Shown: piece by piece, positions 1-10,031 of the stretch
Position numbering within the stretch: the first letter of the stretch is position 1
Layout of the letters: each line of letters begins with the position of its first letter
Assembly: GCA_003009755.1 (NCBI GenBank)
Contig: PXUB01000038.1
Span: 8,946 to 72,945 of the forward strand
DNA: 64,000 bases
From: Thermoplasmatales archaeon SW_10_69_26
GTDB lineage: Archaea > Thermoplasmatota > SW-10-69-26
Direction: 5' to 3'
Translations under genes and position numbers: made by a program
The notes under the pieces: generated by a model
Seen by the model: the letters and a program-made list of their open reading frames with translations, nothing else
Databases searched by the model: none
What the model was told of the DNA's origin: nothing

Positions 1-189
1 TCGGTGATCGTGCGGCCGGGCTCGTGCTCGAAGGTTTGCCCCTCCTCGAACTCCTCGTAGTACAGGCCCACGTGGCGACCTCCGTTCGTCCGGCACGAGA
101 GGGTTCCCCGGTGAAAACCCTGGCCGCGATCCGATCGACTCCCCAAGGCATTAACCGGCTCCTGGGCGTCACGGGGTGTGAAGCTCGGC

Positions 190-630
190 ATGATGGAACG
201 CGTCGCGGTGGGAACGCTGCTGGTGTTGGGGCTGATGTTGGCGCCGTCCGCGGGGGCGATCGCTGACGATTCTTGGGTGACCGAAGCCTCCGGGCTCGTC
301 ACCGAGCAGACGGACCGCTGCGAGCGGCAAGGAGAGAACGGGTCCAGCACCGAGTTGGTCTACGACCACGACCGTCGGCGCTTCTTCGTGACGATCGACG
401 GGTGCGGGTCCCTGACGTGGGGGAACCTCGACACCTCGCTGACGGCCAACGTCGAGGAGACCGGCGACGAGTGCACGACGGCCTCGGATGGCACGATCAG
501 CTGTGAGGCCTCCTACGGACCCGACCGTAACCTCTCGTTCGAGCTGGGCCCCGACGGTGGCTTCGAGCTGGTTTTCGCCGAGGACGACCCGTTCGTCTTC
601 ACCGGGGACCTCGTCCGCGTCGACGGTTGA
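190..630 (+). CDS. Secreted acidic hypothetical protein (Cys-containing)
   Basis: Signal peptide (RVAVGTLLVLGLMLAPSAGA), acidic mature part with 4 Cys, host-like codon usage. Confidence 0.7.
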   Translation: MMERVAVGTLLVLGLMLAPSAGAIADDSWVTEASGLVTEQTDRCERQGENGSSTELVYDHDRRRFFVTIDGCGSLTWGNLDTSLTANVEETGDECTTASDGTISCEASYGPDRNLSFELGPDGGFELVFAEDDPFVFTGDLVRVDG

Positions 631-641
631 CCTCTCTCGGC

Positions 642-2246
642 TCAAGCGTCGCTGGCGGGCTCGACCTCGACGACGGCCGTCATCCCGGCCTCGCTGTGCT
701 CGCTGATGTGGCAGTGGATCAACCACGTGCCCGGGTTGCTCATCTCGACCTGGATCGTCACCGACTGGTAGTCGCGCACCGGATCGTTGGCGAGCACCGT
801 GTCCTTCCAAACGCGCTCCTCGGGGTCCTCACCGCCGTAATCGGAAACCATGAACCGTTGCCCGTGCAGATGCACCGTGTGCGGGACCGGCGAGTGCGCG
901 GCGTGATCGCCGCCGCCCCCGTGCTCGTGCACGATGTCGACCGTGAACTCGACGACGTCGCCGACCTCGTACTGGTAGCGAGGCTGCACCTCGCCGGTCG
1001 GCACGTCCACCAGTTGCCAGGCGAGCTCGCGGTCGGTCGGTTGCGCGTTGACCTCGCCCGCCGGCGGATCGGGGGCGCTGTGGTCGTGGCCGCCGTGGCC
1101 GTCGTCGCTCGCGTTGGGATCGGCCGGCATCGTCTCGTTGCGCAGCATGCGCAGATGCTCGGTGTGGTCGGGCTCCTCGGCGAGGAAGCCCTCTCGGTCC
1201 TCGGCCTGGGCGCGCTCGTGCGGCCCGGAGGGCGCCTCCTGGACGACCACGCTCTGGCCCAGCGCCTCGAAGGACGATGTGACGGTCGCCAGCGTCCACG
1301 TCGTCGCCTCGTCCACGATGCGAGCCGAGCTTTCAGCGTCGACCTCGACGTCGACGGTCGCCCGCTCGGCCGGACCCAAGCGCAGCCCGTGGATCTCGCG
1401 CGGCTGCTCGAGGTAGCTGGGGCCGGCCGCGACCTTCTCGACCGTGGCGAAGCCCTGGAAGTTCAGCCGCCAGGTGCGCGCGTTCGAGGGGTTGATCAGG
1501 TGCAGACGGTGGCGTTCCCCGGGGGCGACCTCGACGTCGGCCTCGGCGGTGCCGTTGACGAACGGCTGGTTGCCCCAGCGCCCGCTGTCGGCGTAGGTCA
1601 CCGCCTCCTCGTACACGTCCGGGACGTCGCCGTCGACGAGCCGCATGTCGTCCAGGTGGAGGACGGACTCGTCGGGGTAGCGCTCGGTGTCCTCCTTGGG
1701 CGGATCGACGACGATCGCGCCGTACAAGCCCAGCTCCTTCTGGACATCGGTGCGAACGTGGGGGTGGTACCAGAACACGCCCGCGTCCGGGACCTCGATC
1801 GTGTACTCGAAGGACTCGCCGGGCTGGACCGGCTGCTGGGTCAGGTTCGGCACGCCGTCGTTGGGGTTGTCCAGCCGCAGGCCGTGCCAGTGCACGGTCG
1901 TGGGCTGGTCGAGGTCGTTGGTGAACGTGACGTCGACCTCGGCTCCCTGTGGGAGGTGCAGCTCGGGGCCGGGGATCTGGCCGTTGTAGGCCATCATCCG
2001 GATCTCCTCGCCGGTCCCGGGGTCGTGCTTGACGTAGCTGGCGGTCAGCTCGAAGCTGTCGCCGTCGGAGAGGTCGACCCGCTGCGTGGGTTGGGCCTCC
2101 TCGAGGCCGCCCGTGGAGCGATCCATCGGTGTCAGCGGCGGAGCCTCGGCCTCCTGTTTCATGGGCTCGTCCTCGACGATGCCGATGCATCCGACGAGCC
2201 CGCTCGTGAGGAGCAGGACAGCTACGACGGCAGCTCTCACGGCCAC
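642..2246 (-). CDS. Multicopper oxidase, lipoprotein (CueO/Fet3/laccase-like)
   Basis: Cu motifs HWHG, WYHPH, HTVHLHG, HCHISEHSEAGM; lipobox LVGC; GTG start at 2246 (or 2240) about 25 nt below an AT-rich TATA-like box. Confidence 0.92.
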   Translation of the reverse strand: MAVRAAVVAVLLLTSGLVGCIGIVEDEPMKQEAEAPPLTPMDRSTGGLEEAQPTQRVDLSDGDSFELTASYVKHDPGTGEEIRMMAYNGQIPGPELHLPQGAEVDVTFTNDLDQPTTVHWHGLRLDNPNDGVPNLTQQPVQPGESFEYTIEVPDAGVFWYHPHVRTDVQKELGLYGAIVVDPPKEDTERYPDESVLHLDDMRLVDGDVPDVYEEAVTYADSGRWGNQPFVNGTAEADVEVAPGERHRLHLINPSNARTWRLNFQGFATVEKVAAGPSYLEQPREIHGLRLGPAERATVDVEVDAESSARIVDEATTWTLATVTSSFEALGQSVVVQEAPSGPHERAQAEDREGFLAEEPDHTEHLRMLRNETMPADPNASDDGHGGHDHSAPDPPAGEVNAQPTDRELAWQLVDVPTGEVQPRYQYEVGDVVEFTVDIVHEHGGGGDHAAHSPVPHTVHLHGQRFMVSDYGGEDPEERVWKDTVLANDPVRDYQSVTIQVEMSNPGTWLIHCHISEHSEAGMTAVVEVEPASDA

Positions 2247-2391
2247 CGTTTGACCGCGCCCTGGTATTTGAATATTGGTTAACGACAGGTGGTCACGGAA
2301 GCCCGCTGAGGACCCCAACAGCCCCGCACCAGGCTCGGGCCAGGGCGTCGCCGTTGGGTGACCACTCGCCGAGGTGACCCATACTGGGCGC

Positions 2392-3966
2392 TCAGATCAC
2401 GGTCCCGTGCTTCCTGTCGGGCATGTTGAACTCCTTGCCCTCGTAGGTGTCCAACCGCTCGATGACCTCCTGGCGCAGGTCCTCGGGCGGCACGATGTGG
2501 TCCACGATCAGCTCGTCGCCCATGACCTCGACGTCGATGTCCTCCCGGTACTCGGCGCGCTTCTCCTCGATGAAGGCCTTGCGCTCCTCGGGGTCCTCGA
2601 TCTCGTCGATCTTGCGCCGGTACACCGCGTTGACGGCCGCCTCGGGACCCATGACGGCGATCTCGGCGCTGGGCAGGCCCAGCAGGGCCTCCGGCTCGAA
2701 GGCCAGCCCACACATGGCGTACAGGCCGGCACCGTAGGCGCGGCGCGCCACGATCGGGATCTTGGGCACGGTAGCGGTGCTGGTGGCGTAGATGAACTTC
2801 TTGCCGCGCTTGAGGATGCCCTCCTGCTCGACGTCCTTGCCGACCATGAAGCCCGGGGTATCGCACAGGAAGACGAGCGGGATGTTGTAGGCGTCGCACT
2901 TCGTGATGAACTCGGCGGCCTTGTCGGCGCTGTCGGGGAAGATCGCGCCGGCTTTGTGCATCGCGTTGTTCGCCACGATGCCGACCGGGCGCCCGTCGAG
3001 GCGGGCCCACCCGGTGACGAGCTCGGGGGCGTAGTCCGCCGACAGCTCGAGGAAGCTGTCGCCATCGACGAGCGCGGTGATGACGTCCCGCACGTCGAAG
3101 GGGGCGTTGGGGTCCTCGGGCACGATGTCGGCGATCTCGGCCGGAGCTCGCCCGGGCTCGCGGGTCTCGTAGCGGGGCGGCTGTTCCTCGCAGTTGTCCG
3201 GCAGGTAGGACATGACCTGGGCCGCCAGCATCGCCGCGTGCTCCTCGTTCTCGGCGACGAGGTGGCAGGAGCCGGACTCCTCGGCGTGCACGTCGACGCC
3301 GCCCAGCTCGTCCATCGACACCTCCTCGCCGGTAACCATCTCGACCATGCGCGGCGAAGCGATGCACATGGCGCTCATCTCCTCGACCATGATCGTGACG
3401 TCGCAGAACACCGGCGTGTAGGCCGCGCCCGCCACGCAGGGCCCGTACAGGACGGCGACCTGGGGGATCTTGCCGGAGAGGATCGAGTGGTTGTAGAAGT
3501 ACTTCCCGATGCCGCTACCCTGGGCGAAGAACCCGGACTGGTCGGTGATGCGGGCCCCGCTGGAGTCGACCAGGTACAGCATCGGCTTGCCCGCGCGCAG
3601 GGCCCGCTCCTGCGTGCGCAGGAACTTCTCGACGCCCTTGTCGGCCATCGAGCCGGCCTTGACGGTGTAGTCGTTGGCCTGGAAGAACACCTTGCGGTCG
3701 TCGAGCGTGCCGACGCCGGTCACCATGCCGTCGGCCGGCAGCTGGTCGTCGGCGTTCGCGTTGGCGAAGAGGCCGTCCTCGAAGTCCGGTCCGTCGTCGA
3801 AGAACAACCGCAGCCGCTCCCGGACGAACAGCTTGTCGTCGTCCTTGAGACGCTTTCTGTACTTCTCGGGTCCGCCCTCCCGAATCTCCTCCATCCGCTG
3901 GCGGATCCGCTCCTCGCGGGAGAGCTCCTCGTCGGCGTCGGCCGAGGCACTGGCCTCCTGCGGCAT
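2392..3966 (-). CDS. Acyl-CoA carboxylase, carboxyltransferase (beta) subunit
   Basis: Motifs NDYTVKAGS, DSSGARI, GPCVAGAAY, DTPGFMVG, AEIAVMGPEAA, KHGTVI. Confidence 0.93.
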   Translation of the reverse strand: MPQEASASADADEELSREERIRQRMEEIREGGPEKYRKRLKDDDKLFVRERLRLFFDDGPDFEDGLFANANADDQLPADGMVTGVGTLDDRKVFFQANDYTVKAGSMADKGVEKFLRTQERALRAGKPMLYLVDSSGARITDQSGFFAQGSGIGKYFYNHSILSGKIPQVAVLYGPCVAGAAYTPVFCDVTIMVEEMSAMCIASPRMVEMVTGEEVSMDELGGVDVHAEESGSCHLVAENEEHAAMLAAQVMSYLPDNCEEQPPRYETREPGRAPAEIADIVPEDPNAPFDVRDVITALVDGDSFLELSADYAPELVTGWARLDGRPVGIVANNAMHKAGAIFPDSADKAAEFITKCDAYNIPLVFLCDTPGFMVGKDVEQEGILKRGKKFIYATSTATVPKIPIVARRAYGAGLYAMCGLAFEPEALLGLPSAEIAVMGPEAAVNAVYRRKIDEIEDPEERKAFIEEKRAEYREDIDVEVMGDELIVDHIVPPEDLRQEVIERLDTYEGKEFNMPDRKHGTVI

Positions 3967-4166
3967 GCATGGGCCAAGCCGACGCCCGTAGAAAAGCCTA
4001 CGCGGTCCCGAGGCCGCTCACGGGTCCCCGAACTGGGCGTCGAGCTGGTAGCGGCGGGGGCGCTCGTTGGCCGACGCGCTCGGGCTCGACCCGGCCCAGA
4101 CCCGCTCCGGGGGCGGCAGCGAGGGCAACCACGCCAGCCAGCACGCCCCCGCCATCGACGGGTCCG

Positions 4167-5627
4167 TCACCGGCGTCGGCGGCCAGCGAGGCTCGCCGCG
4201 GCCAGGCCGGTGGCCACGACGGCGAGGGCGCCGGGGCCGGGGGCACCGTTGCCGCCGGTCTCGCCGTCGGTCCCGTTGGCTCCGCCGTCGGTCCCCCCGT
4301 CGCCACCGTCGGTGGAGCCGGTGGCGATGACGTGGACGGCGCCCTGCTGCGTACCGTCGCCGGAATCGCCGGGGGCGCCGACGAGGGCCAAGTCCCCGGC
4401 GAGGGCGGAGCCATCTCCGAAGTCGTCCCCGTCCTCGCCGTCGTCGGGGCGGAAGGGCGCCGGGTCGGACCAGGAGGCTCCGTCGCGTGTCACCTCGAAG
4501 GCGGACCCGTTGCCTGAGGCGTCGACGATGGCGGCCCGATCGGAGAGGGCGAGCGTCGACCCGTAGTTGTCGGAGCCCTCGAGGGACGCAGAGGTGATGT
4601 TGGCGGTCTGGTTCCATGCGCCGTCGGTGCGTTCGAAGGCGTAGGCGGCGCCGTGGTCCGAGGCGTCGCCGAAATCCTTGTGCGGGGCGCCGCCGACGAA
4701 GACGTCGCCGTGGAAGGCGATGGCGGCGCCGAAGCGGTCGCCGCCGTCGCTGTCCTCGTGGGTGATCTCGGCGGTCTCGTTCCAGTCGCTGGCGGCGTAG
4801 GCGAAGACGCCGCCGGGGTAGACCCCGAAGGACCGGTCGACGCCGGGGGCGCCCACGAGCGCGGTCTCGCCGTCGAAGGCGACGGCGGTGCCGAAGGCCG
4901 TGTAGCCGTCCGAGTCCCGGTCGAGCTCGGCCTCGAGGCTCCAGGACCCGTCGGACCGTTGCCAGACGTAGGCCGTCCCGCTGAAGTCGTCGAACCCGTC
5001 GGGGGACTCGCTGGTGCCGGGGGCCCCGACGACGACGGTATCGCCCTCGAGCGCGAGGTCCGAACCGACCTCCTGGTCGCCGAAGGTATCGTCGGGTTGG
5101 AGGATGGCCTCGAGAGCGTATCCCTCGCCCTCGGCGGCGAAGACGTACACCGCGCCGTAGTCGCCGGCGAGGCCCCTGCTGGAGTCGTTCCCGGGCGCCC
5201 CGACGGCGATGGTTTCACCGTTGATGGCGACGGCCTCGCCGAACTCGTCGCCGTCCGCCGCGTCGGGTTGGGTGAGCTTGGTCTCCTGGCTCCACTCCCC
5301 GCCGTCGCGGGTGAAGACGTAGACGGCGCCCCGGTTGGCTCGGTTGTCGTCCTCGGCACCCTGGTCGTGGCGGGGGGTCCCGATGACGGCGGTGTCGCCG
5401 TCGATGGCGATGGCGTCGCCGAAGTCGTGCCTGTCACCGGGGTCGTCGGGCCGGAGCGTTGCCTCGTCGGTGGCCGCGGAGACCGTCGCCGAGGCCCCCA
5501 GGAGGGCGATCCCGGCGAGGAGGAGTGTGGCGGCGCAGAGCACCGAGGGCCTCGCGGCGGCGACGCCCGCGGTCCCTGCCCGTTGCGTGTCGTTCGCGCC
5601 TGGCATGGTCCGATCAGCGGAGGACAT
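4167..5627 (-). CDS. FG-GAP repeat (beta-propeller) surface protein with C-terminal sorting signal
   Basis: Repeated FG.A.A.DG.T..VGAP...GAVYVF units, signal peptide, Gly/Asp linker, C-terminal PGPG-TM-RRRR. Confidence 0.88.
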   Translation of the reverse strand: MSSADRTMPGANDTQRAGTAGVAAARPSVLCAATLLLAGIALLGASATVSAATDEATLRPDDPGDRHDFGDAIAIDGDTAVIGTPRHDQGAEDDNRANRGAVYVFTRDGGEWSQETKLTQPDAADGDEFGEAVAINGETIAVGAPGNDSSRGLAGDYGAVYVFAAEGEGYALEAILQPDDTFGDQEVGSDLALEGDTVVVGAPGTSESPDGFDDFSGTAYVWQRSDGSWSLEAELDRDSDGYTAFGTAVAFDGETALVGAPGVDRSFGVYPGGVFAYAASDWNETAEITHEDSDGGDRFGAAIAFHGDVFVGGAPHKDFGDASDHGAAYAFERTDGAWNQTANITSASLEGSDNYGSTLALSDRAAIVDASGNGSAFEVTRDGASWSDPAPFRPDDGEDGDDFGDGSALAGDLALVGAPGDSGDGTQQGAVHVIATGSTDGGDGGTDGGANGTDGETGGNGAPGPGALAVVATGLAAASLAGRRRR

Positions 5628-5730
5628 GCTGGCAGCGACCCGACGTGGGCCACTTAAGGGTTCTTAGATTCGGCGGCCCCGGTGGCGGCGCGGGCACGGG
5701 GATGTGCGGGGACGAGGGGAGCTCTCGATC

Positions 5731-6759
5731 CTACAGGATCCCGACGGCGGCCGTCTGGTCCCCTCGCGGCCGTGAACGCAGGTCGTAGGCCACCGACAAC
5801 AAAAGCGTCGTCACGACGAGGTTGATCGCGAAGTGAGCCGGGATCGGGTGGGCCACGACCCCGATCAACCCCGGCGGCGAGGCAACGCCGAACCCGTAGA
5901 ACTGGATCGCCTGGGCGAGCGTCTCCAGCACGTGGTAGCTCTGGGCGACGAGGAGCGCCCGGAAGGCGAGGGCTCCTCGCGTGCTCAGCCGCCACATCGT
6001 CTCCGTTCGCAGCCACGAGAGGTACACGACGGCCAGGGCCGCGAACACGAGGGAGCTGTAGACGAGATGGACCCAGACGACGTCGAACAACGCCCCGAGG
6101 ATGCCGACCGCCGCACCCGTCCCGGTCAGCCACTGCACCAGTTGGACCGTCTGTTCGTTCAGGTGGCCCAGCTGGATCACGACCGCGGCGGCGACGACCC
6201 AGGACACGCCCTTCGCCAGCGCCGGCCGGGTGATCCCCCAGACGCGACCACCGCCGGCCCGGGGTCCCTCGGGGGCGTCGTACGGTCGAGGCCGCGGCCG
6301 GAAGGAAAAGGCCACCGATAACAAGAGCGCCGTCACGACGAGGTTGATCGCGAAGTGGGCCGGGATCGGGTGGGCCACGACCCCGATCAACCCCGGCGGC
6401 GGGGCAACGCCGAAGCCGTGATACTGAGCGACCTGGGCCACGTGCTCGACGAGGTGGTAGCTTTGCACGGTGAAGACCAGGTGGAAGGCGAGGGCTCCCC
6501 GCGTGCTCGGTCGCCAGATCGTCTCCGTTCGCCGCCACGAGAGGTACACGACGGCCAGGGCCGCGAACACGAGGGCGTTGTAGACGAGGTGGACCCAGAC
6601 GGCGTCGAACAGCGCCCCGAAGATCCCCGACGGTTCCGCCACCCCGGCGAGCCATTGCACCAGCTGGACCGCGTGCTCGTTCATGTGGCCGAGTTGGATC
6701 ACGACCAGCGCTACGAGGGTCCAGAACATCGCCGTCGCCAGCGCCGGCCGGGCGAGCAT
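5731..6759 (-). CDS. His-rich integral membrane protein with two near-identical internal repeats (DUF6008-like, tentative)
   Basis: Two copies of VIQLGH.NE..VQLVQW...WVHLVY...QSYH..E...HPIPAHFAINL; about 8 TM helices. Confidence 0.75.
   Translation of the reverse strand: MLARPALATAMFWTLVALVVIQLGHMNEHAVQLVQWLAGVAEPSGIFGALFDAVWVHLVYNALVFAALAVVYLSWRRTETIWRPSTRGALAFHLVFTVQSYHLVEHVAQVAQYHGFGVAPPPGLIGVVAHPIPAHFAINLVVTALLLSVAFSFRPRPRPYDAPEGPRAGGGRVWGITRPALAKGVSWVVAAAVVIQLGHLNEQTVQLVQWLTGTGAAVGILGALFDVVWVHLVYSSLVFAALAVVYLSWLRTETMWRLSTRGALAFRALLVAQSYHVLETLAQAIQFYGFGVASPPGLIGVVAHPIPAHFAINLVVTTLLLSVAYDLRSRPRGDQTAAVGIL
5790..6750. repeat. Intragenic tandem duplication (about 5790-6225 and about 6310-6750)
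   Basis: Long near-identical DNA stretches, e.g. cgtcacgacgaggttgatcgcgaagtg.gccgggatcgggtgggccacgaccccgatcaaccccggcggcg occurs twice. Confidence 0.85.
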
Positions 6760-6791
6760 CCAGCCCCCCTCACCGCCGGTTCGGTGGTCCC

Positions 6792-7099
6792 TCACCCTCC
6801 GCCCTCCTCGGAAGCCTGGGCCGGACCCGCTCGAGGGCGTCCCCGGCGGAGCTGTCGGGACGTGCGTGATGCGAGACGAGGCCCGACGTGGGCGGACGGC
6901 GACACGTCCACGAGGAGGCCTGCGGGCACGGACGAGCCCACGAACGCCGCGGTCGGGAGGCCCCCAGACCCCACCGCGATGCCGGCCTCAGCGACGGTCT
7001 CGCGCCACGGGGCCCAGGCGACGTGCTCGTCGACGAACGGGACGGCCTCGACCCCGGCGACGAGGGCGAGTCCCGGCAACCGCGTGCGGCGATCTTGCA
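6792..7099 (-). CDS. Small hypothetical protein (doubtful)
   Basis: ATG preceded by GGAGG; lies co-directionally between two genes; no recognisable motif. Confidence 0.3.
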
Positions 7100-7124
7100 T
7101 CCCTCCCCACCTCCTCATTGAACG

Positions 7125-8021
7125 CTAGCGGGTCGCGTTCGGCGGGAACGTCATCGAGCTGTCCTTGTAGTTCCCGATCCCGAACAGGAAGTACGCGCGG
7201 GCCTGCTCCGTCGAGCCAAGCTCGTCGAGGATGCTTCCGTCGGGAACCGACACGGTGCCGGTCGCCTCGTAGAGGCTCGTCCCGTGGAAGTAGGTGTGAG
7301 CCCGTCCCAGCTCCTCGGTTCCCGGGATCGGCATGTAGCCCACGCACTCGAACAGGGAGTACGCGTGGCCCACGTACTCGTCCGTCACGCCGCCGCCACG
7401 CATCTCGTAGGTCCCGGCGTCCTCCCACGTCAGCGAGGCCTCGAAGGGACCGCCGGTCCGCTGGGTGAGGACGTCGAAGCCTGCCGAGAAGTCGAGGTCC
7501 GGGATCCCCTGCTTCTCGAGGAGGTCCTGCGAGGGCTGGTGATCGAAGGCCCCCTTGAACTTGTAGATGGCGAAGGCGTTCCCGATGTCCTCGGCAGGGT
7601 ACACGGGCGTCCACACCGTCGCGTGCTCCATGTTCTGGACCGGGGAGCCGTCGAGGCCGACCCCTCGCTCGCAGACCTCGAACTCCACGCCGATCAGCGC
7701 GTCCCCGTCGACCCCCGCCGCGTCGACGAGGGAGGGAGGCAGTCCAACGTCCTCGGGGCTGCGGGCCGAGAACCCGTCCGGCAGCCGCTGCTCGACGGCG
7801 GAGGCTGGAACGGGGACGAAGGCCATGACGAACTCGCACTCGGACAGCCCCCAGGGGAGACGGTCTGCTCCGTTCTCGGCCGCCGCCGGGCTCAACCCGG
7901 CGTCCTCGACCGTCTCGTCCGCCGAGGCTGCCTCGACCGTCTCGTCGGTCGAGGTCGCGAGGCAGCCGCTGAAGCCCACCGTGAGGAGAGCAAGACCCAA
8001 CAGGAGCGTTGCGTGTCGCAT
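7125..8021 (-). CDS. Acidic lipoprotein of unknown function
   Basis: MRHATLLLGLALLTVGFSGC lipobox; AT-rich promoter region at 8040-8090. Confidence 0.75.
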   Translation of the reverse strand: MRHATLLLGLALLTVGFSGCLATSTDETVEAASADETVEDAGLSPAAAENGADRLPWGLSECEFVMAFVPVPASAVEQRLPDGFSARSPEDVGLPPSLVDAAGVDGDALIGVEFEVCERGVGLDGSPVQNMEHATVWTPVYPAEDIGNAFAIYKFKGAFDHQPSQDLLEKQGIPDLDFSAGFDVLTQRTGGPFEASLTWEDAGTYEMRGGGVTDEYVGHAYSLFECVGYMPIPGTEELGRAHTYFHGTSLYEATGTVSVPDGSILDELGSTEQARAYFLFGIGNYKDSSMTFPPNATR

Positions 8022-8168
8022 CACCAACGCCAACCCCGGTATGTTATTAGGTATCTGCTGTTAACTGTGAATCCAAGTCTTACTACTAAGAATGGTTGGC
8101 TCGTCCAGCGCGACCCGGGTCGCCCCCGGCAGGCCGATGCCACGGAGGGCGCGGTCGAGAACTCCCAA

Positions 8169-8535
8169 GCGTGGTGGCTGTCGGTGTGTTCGGCCATCCG
8201 AGACGGCTCGGCGCGGTTGGTCCAGCCGTCTCGGAGTTCGTACGTCTCCTCCCTCCGGTCGGAGACGTACTCCCTGAACCCGCCGCGCGTATCTACCGGC
8301 GGGCCGAGACGAGGCTTGGACGTTGTCTGCTGCCTCGTCTCGGGGTTCGTACGTCGGCTCCCGGTGGTCGGAGACGTACTTCTTGAAGGTCACCGCGTGG
8401 TGGCTGTCGGTGTGTTCCGTGGTCCGAGACGGCTCGGCGCGGTTGGTCCAGCCGTCTCGGAGTTCGTACGTCGGCTCCCGGTGGTCGCCGACGTACTCCC
8501 TGAACCCGCCGCGCGTATCTACCGGCGGGTTCAGG
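8169..8535. repeat. Tandem hairpin-chain repeat (3 units) at gene 3' end
   Basis: CCGAGACG..CGTCTCGG then GTTC then GTACGTC..GACGTAC units at about 8197, 8304 and 8423; 8169-8303 is duplicated at 8395-8529. Confidence 0.85.
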
Positions 8536-8992
8536 CATACCCGAAGTGCGCCTCGAGGCGGTAGGTGTCCGAGGTGGCCAGCCACGCCACGACGACCAGC
8601 TCGTAGTCGCCGGGCTCGAGCGCCGCGTCCAACGTCTCGCGCTTGTCCAGCGGGCCCGTGCTGGCCGAGGCGACCGGCTCGCCCTCGGGACCGAAGACGT
8701 GCAGATCCAGGTCGTTCGTCGCGTTCTCCCAATCCAGCTGCGCCTGCACGCGCGCATCCGTGGCGACGGTGAACGGGTAGCTGAAGCACGAGGAGGCCTC
8801 CGCCTCGCAACGCTGATCGCGGTCCCCGCCAGCCGGGCTCGCTGCGGCCTCGACCCGGCGCTCGTCGTGCACGGAGTCGGGCAGCGAGGCCTCCGGGTCG
8901 CTGGCCGCGTCCACGGACTCCTCCCCGCCACCCACGCAGCCCGCGATCGGGGCCACCAGCAACACCGCCACGATCCAAGCCCGCTCACGCAT
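8531..8992 (-). CDS. Small lipoprotein with PPC-like beta domain
   Basis: Lipobox IAGC; LDWENATNDLDLHVFGP...PGDYELVV pattern typical of pre-peptidase C-terminal domains. Confidence 0.75.
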   Translation of the reverse strand: MRERAWIVAVLLVAPIAGCVGGGEESVDAASDPEASLPDSVHDERRVEAAASPAGGDRDQRCEAEASSCFSYPFTVATDARVQAQLDWENATNDLDLHVFGPEGEPVASASTGPLDKRETLDAALEPGDYELVVVAWLATSDTYRLEAHFGYA

Positions 8993-9113
8993 CAGGTCAC
9001 CCTCCAACCCCCTCGCCCTTAAATCGTCCGACAGGGCCGGGCTCGACAGCTCACCGCTCTTGCCACCGCAGCCTTCACCAAGCAAGCCGGGCTCGGGTCG
9101 ACGGAGCACGAGC

Positions 9114-10031
9114 GTGGCGATCGAGATCGACGGCCTGGCGAAGGCCTACGGCCGCCAGCGCGCCCTCGACGGGATCGACCTCGAGATCCCGACGGGCGCC
9201 ACGTGCGGCCTGCTGGGCCCCCAAGGCGCCGGCAAGACGACCCTAGCCCGCTTGCTGGCCGGCCTCGAAGTCCCCACAGCCGGGAGCGCCCGCATCGACG
9301 GGCACCCGATCGGAGAGCCCCAGGCCACCGCGCGCCTCGGCTACATCCCCCATCCAGCCGGCTTCGACGAGGGCCGAACCCCCCGCCAGATGCTCCGCCT
9401 GGCCGGCCGCCTGCACGGGATCCCCACCAGCCGACGAGAGCGCCGCCTCGAGCGCCTGCTCATCGACCTCGGCCTGGAACACCTCGGCGGCCACGCGATC
9501 GAGCACCTCGACGGAGGCCACCGACGACGACTGGCACTCGCGCACGCGCTCGTGCCCGACCCCGACCATCTCGTCGTCGACGAACCCACGCGCGGCCTCG
9601 GCCCCGCCGCCAGTCGCCGCATGCGTGAGGCCTTGATCGAGAAGACGCGCGAGCGCACGCTGCTCGTCCTCACATCCATCCCCGACGATGTCGAGGCCCC
9701 GTGCGAGCGCGTCGTCGGGATCGAGGACGGCACCATCGTGCTCGACGCCGGCGTCCACGAACTCGCCGCCGACCACGGCGTCGCCATCGCGATCGGCCTC
9801 GCCGGCGAGCTCCCCCAACGAGCCCTCGACGAGCTGCGCGAACACGAGGCCGTGGCCGCCCTCCGACGCGACCCGACCGACGCCGACCTCGAGCTGTGGC
9901 TTACCGACCCCGACGAAGCCCCGGCCGTCCTCCGCCTGCTCGTCGAGGCCGACGCACCCGTCGCCTCCTTCGACCGCCAGCCCCCACCGCTGGGCGCCAC
10001 CGTCGCCGAACACATGGAGGGCCAGCTGTGA
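9114..10031 (+). CDS. ABC-2 type ATP-binding protein (degenerate motifs)
   Basis: Walker A GPQGAGKT, signature LDGGH, Walker B LVVDEP, no His in the H-loop (VLTSIP). Confidence 0.88.
   Translation: MAIEIDGLAKAYGRQRALDGIDLEIPTGATCGLLGPQGAGKTTLARLLAGLEVPTAGSARIDGHPIGEPQATARLGYIPHPAGFDEGRTPRQMLRLAGRLHGIPTSRRERRLERLLIDLGLEHLGGHAIEHLDGGHRRRLALAHALVPDPDHLVVDEPTRGLGPAASRRMREALIEKTRERTLLVLTSIPDDVEAPCERVVGIEDGTIVLDAGVHELAADHGVAIAIGLAGELPQRALDELREHEAVAALRRDPTDADLELWLTDPDEAPAVLRLLVEADAPVASFDRQPPPLGATVAEHMEGQL

Noticed and set aside
8169-8535. CRISPR array interpretation of this and the 32.7-kb and 40.3-kb repeats
   Set aside because: No constant 25-40-nt repeat with unique spacers; units are long, irregular and self-complementary; no cas genes in the window
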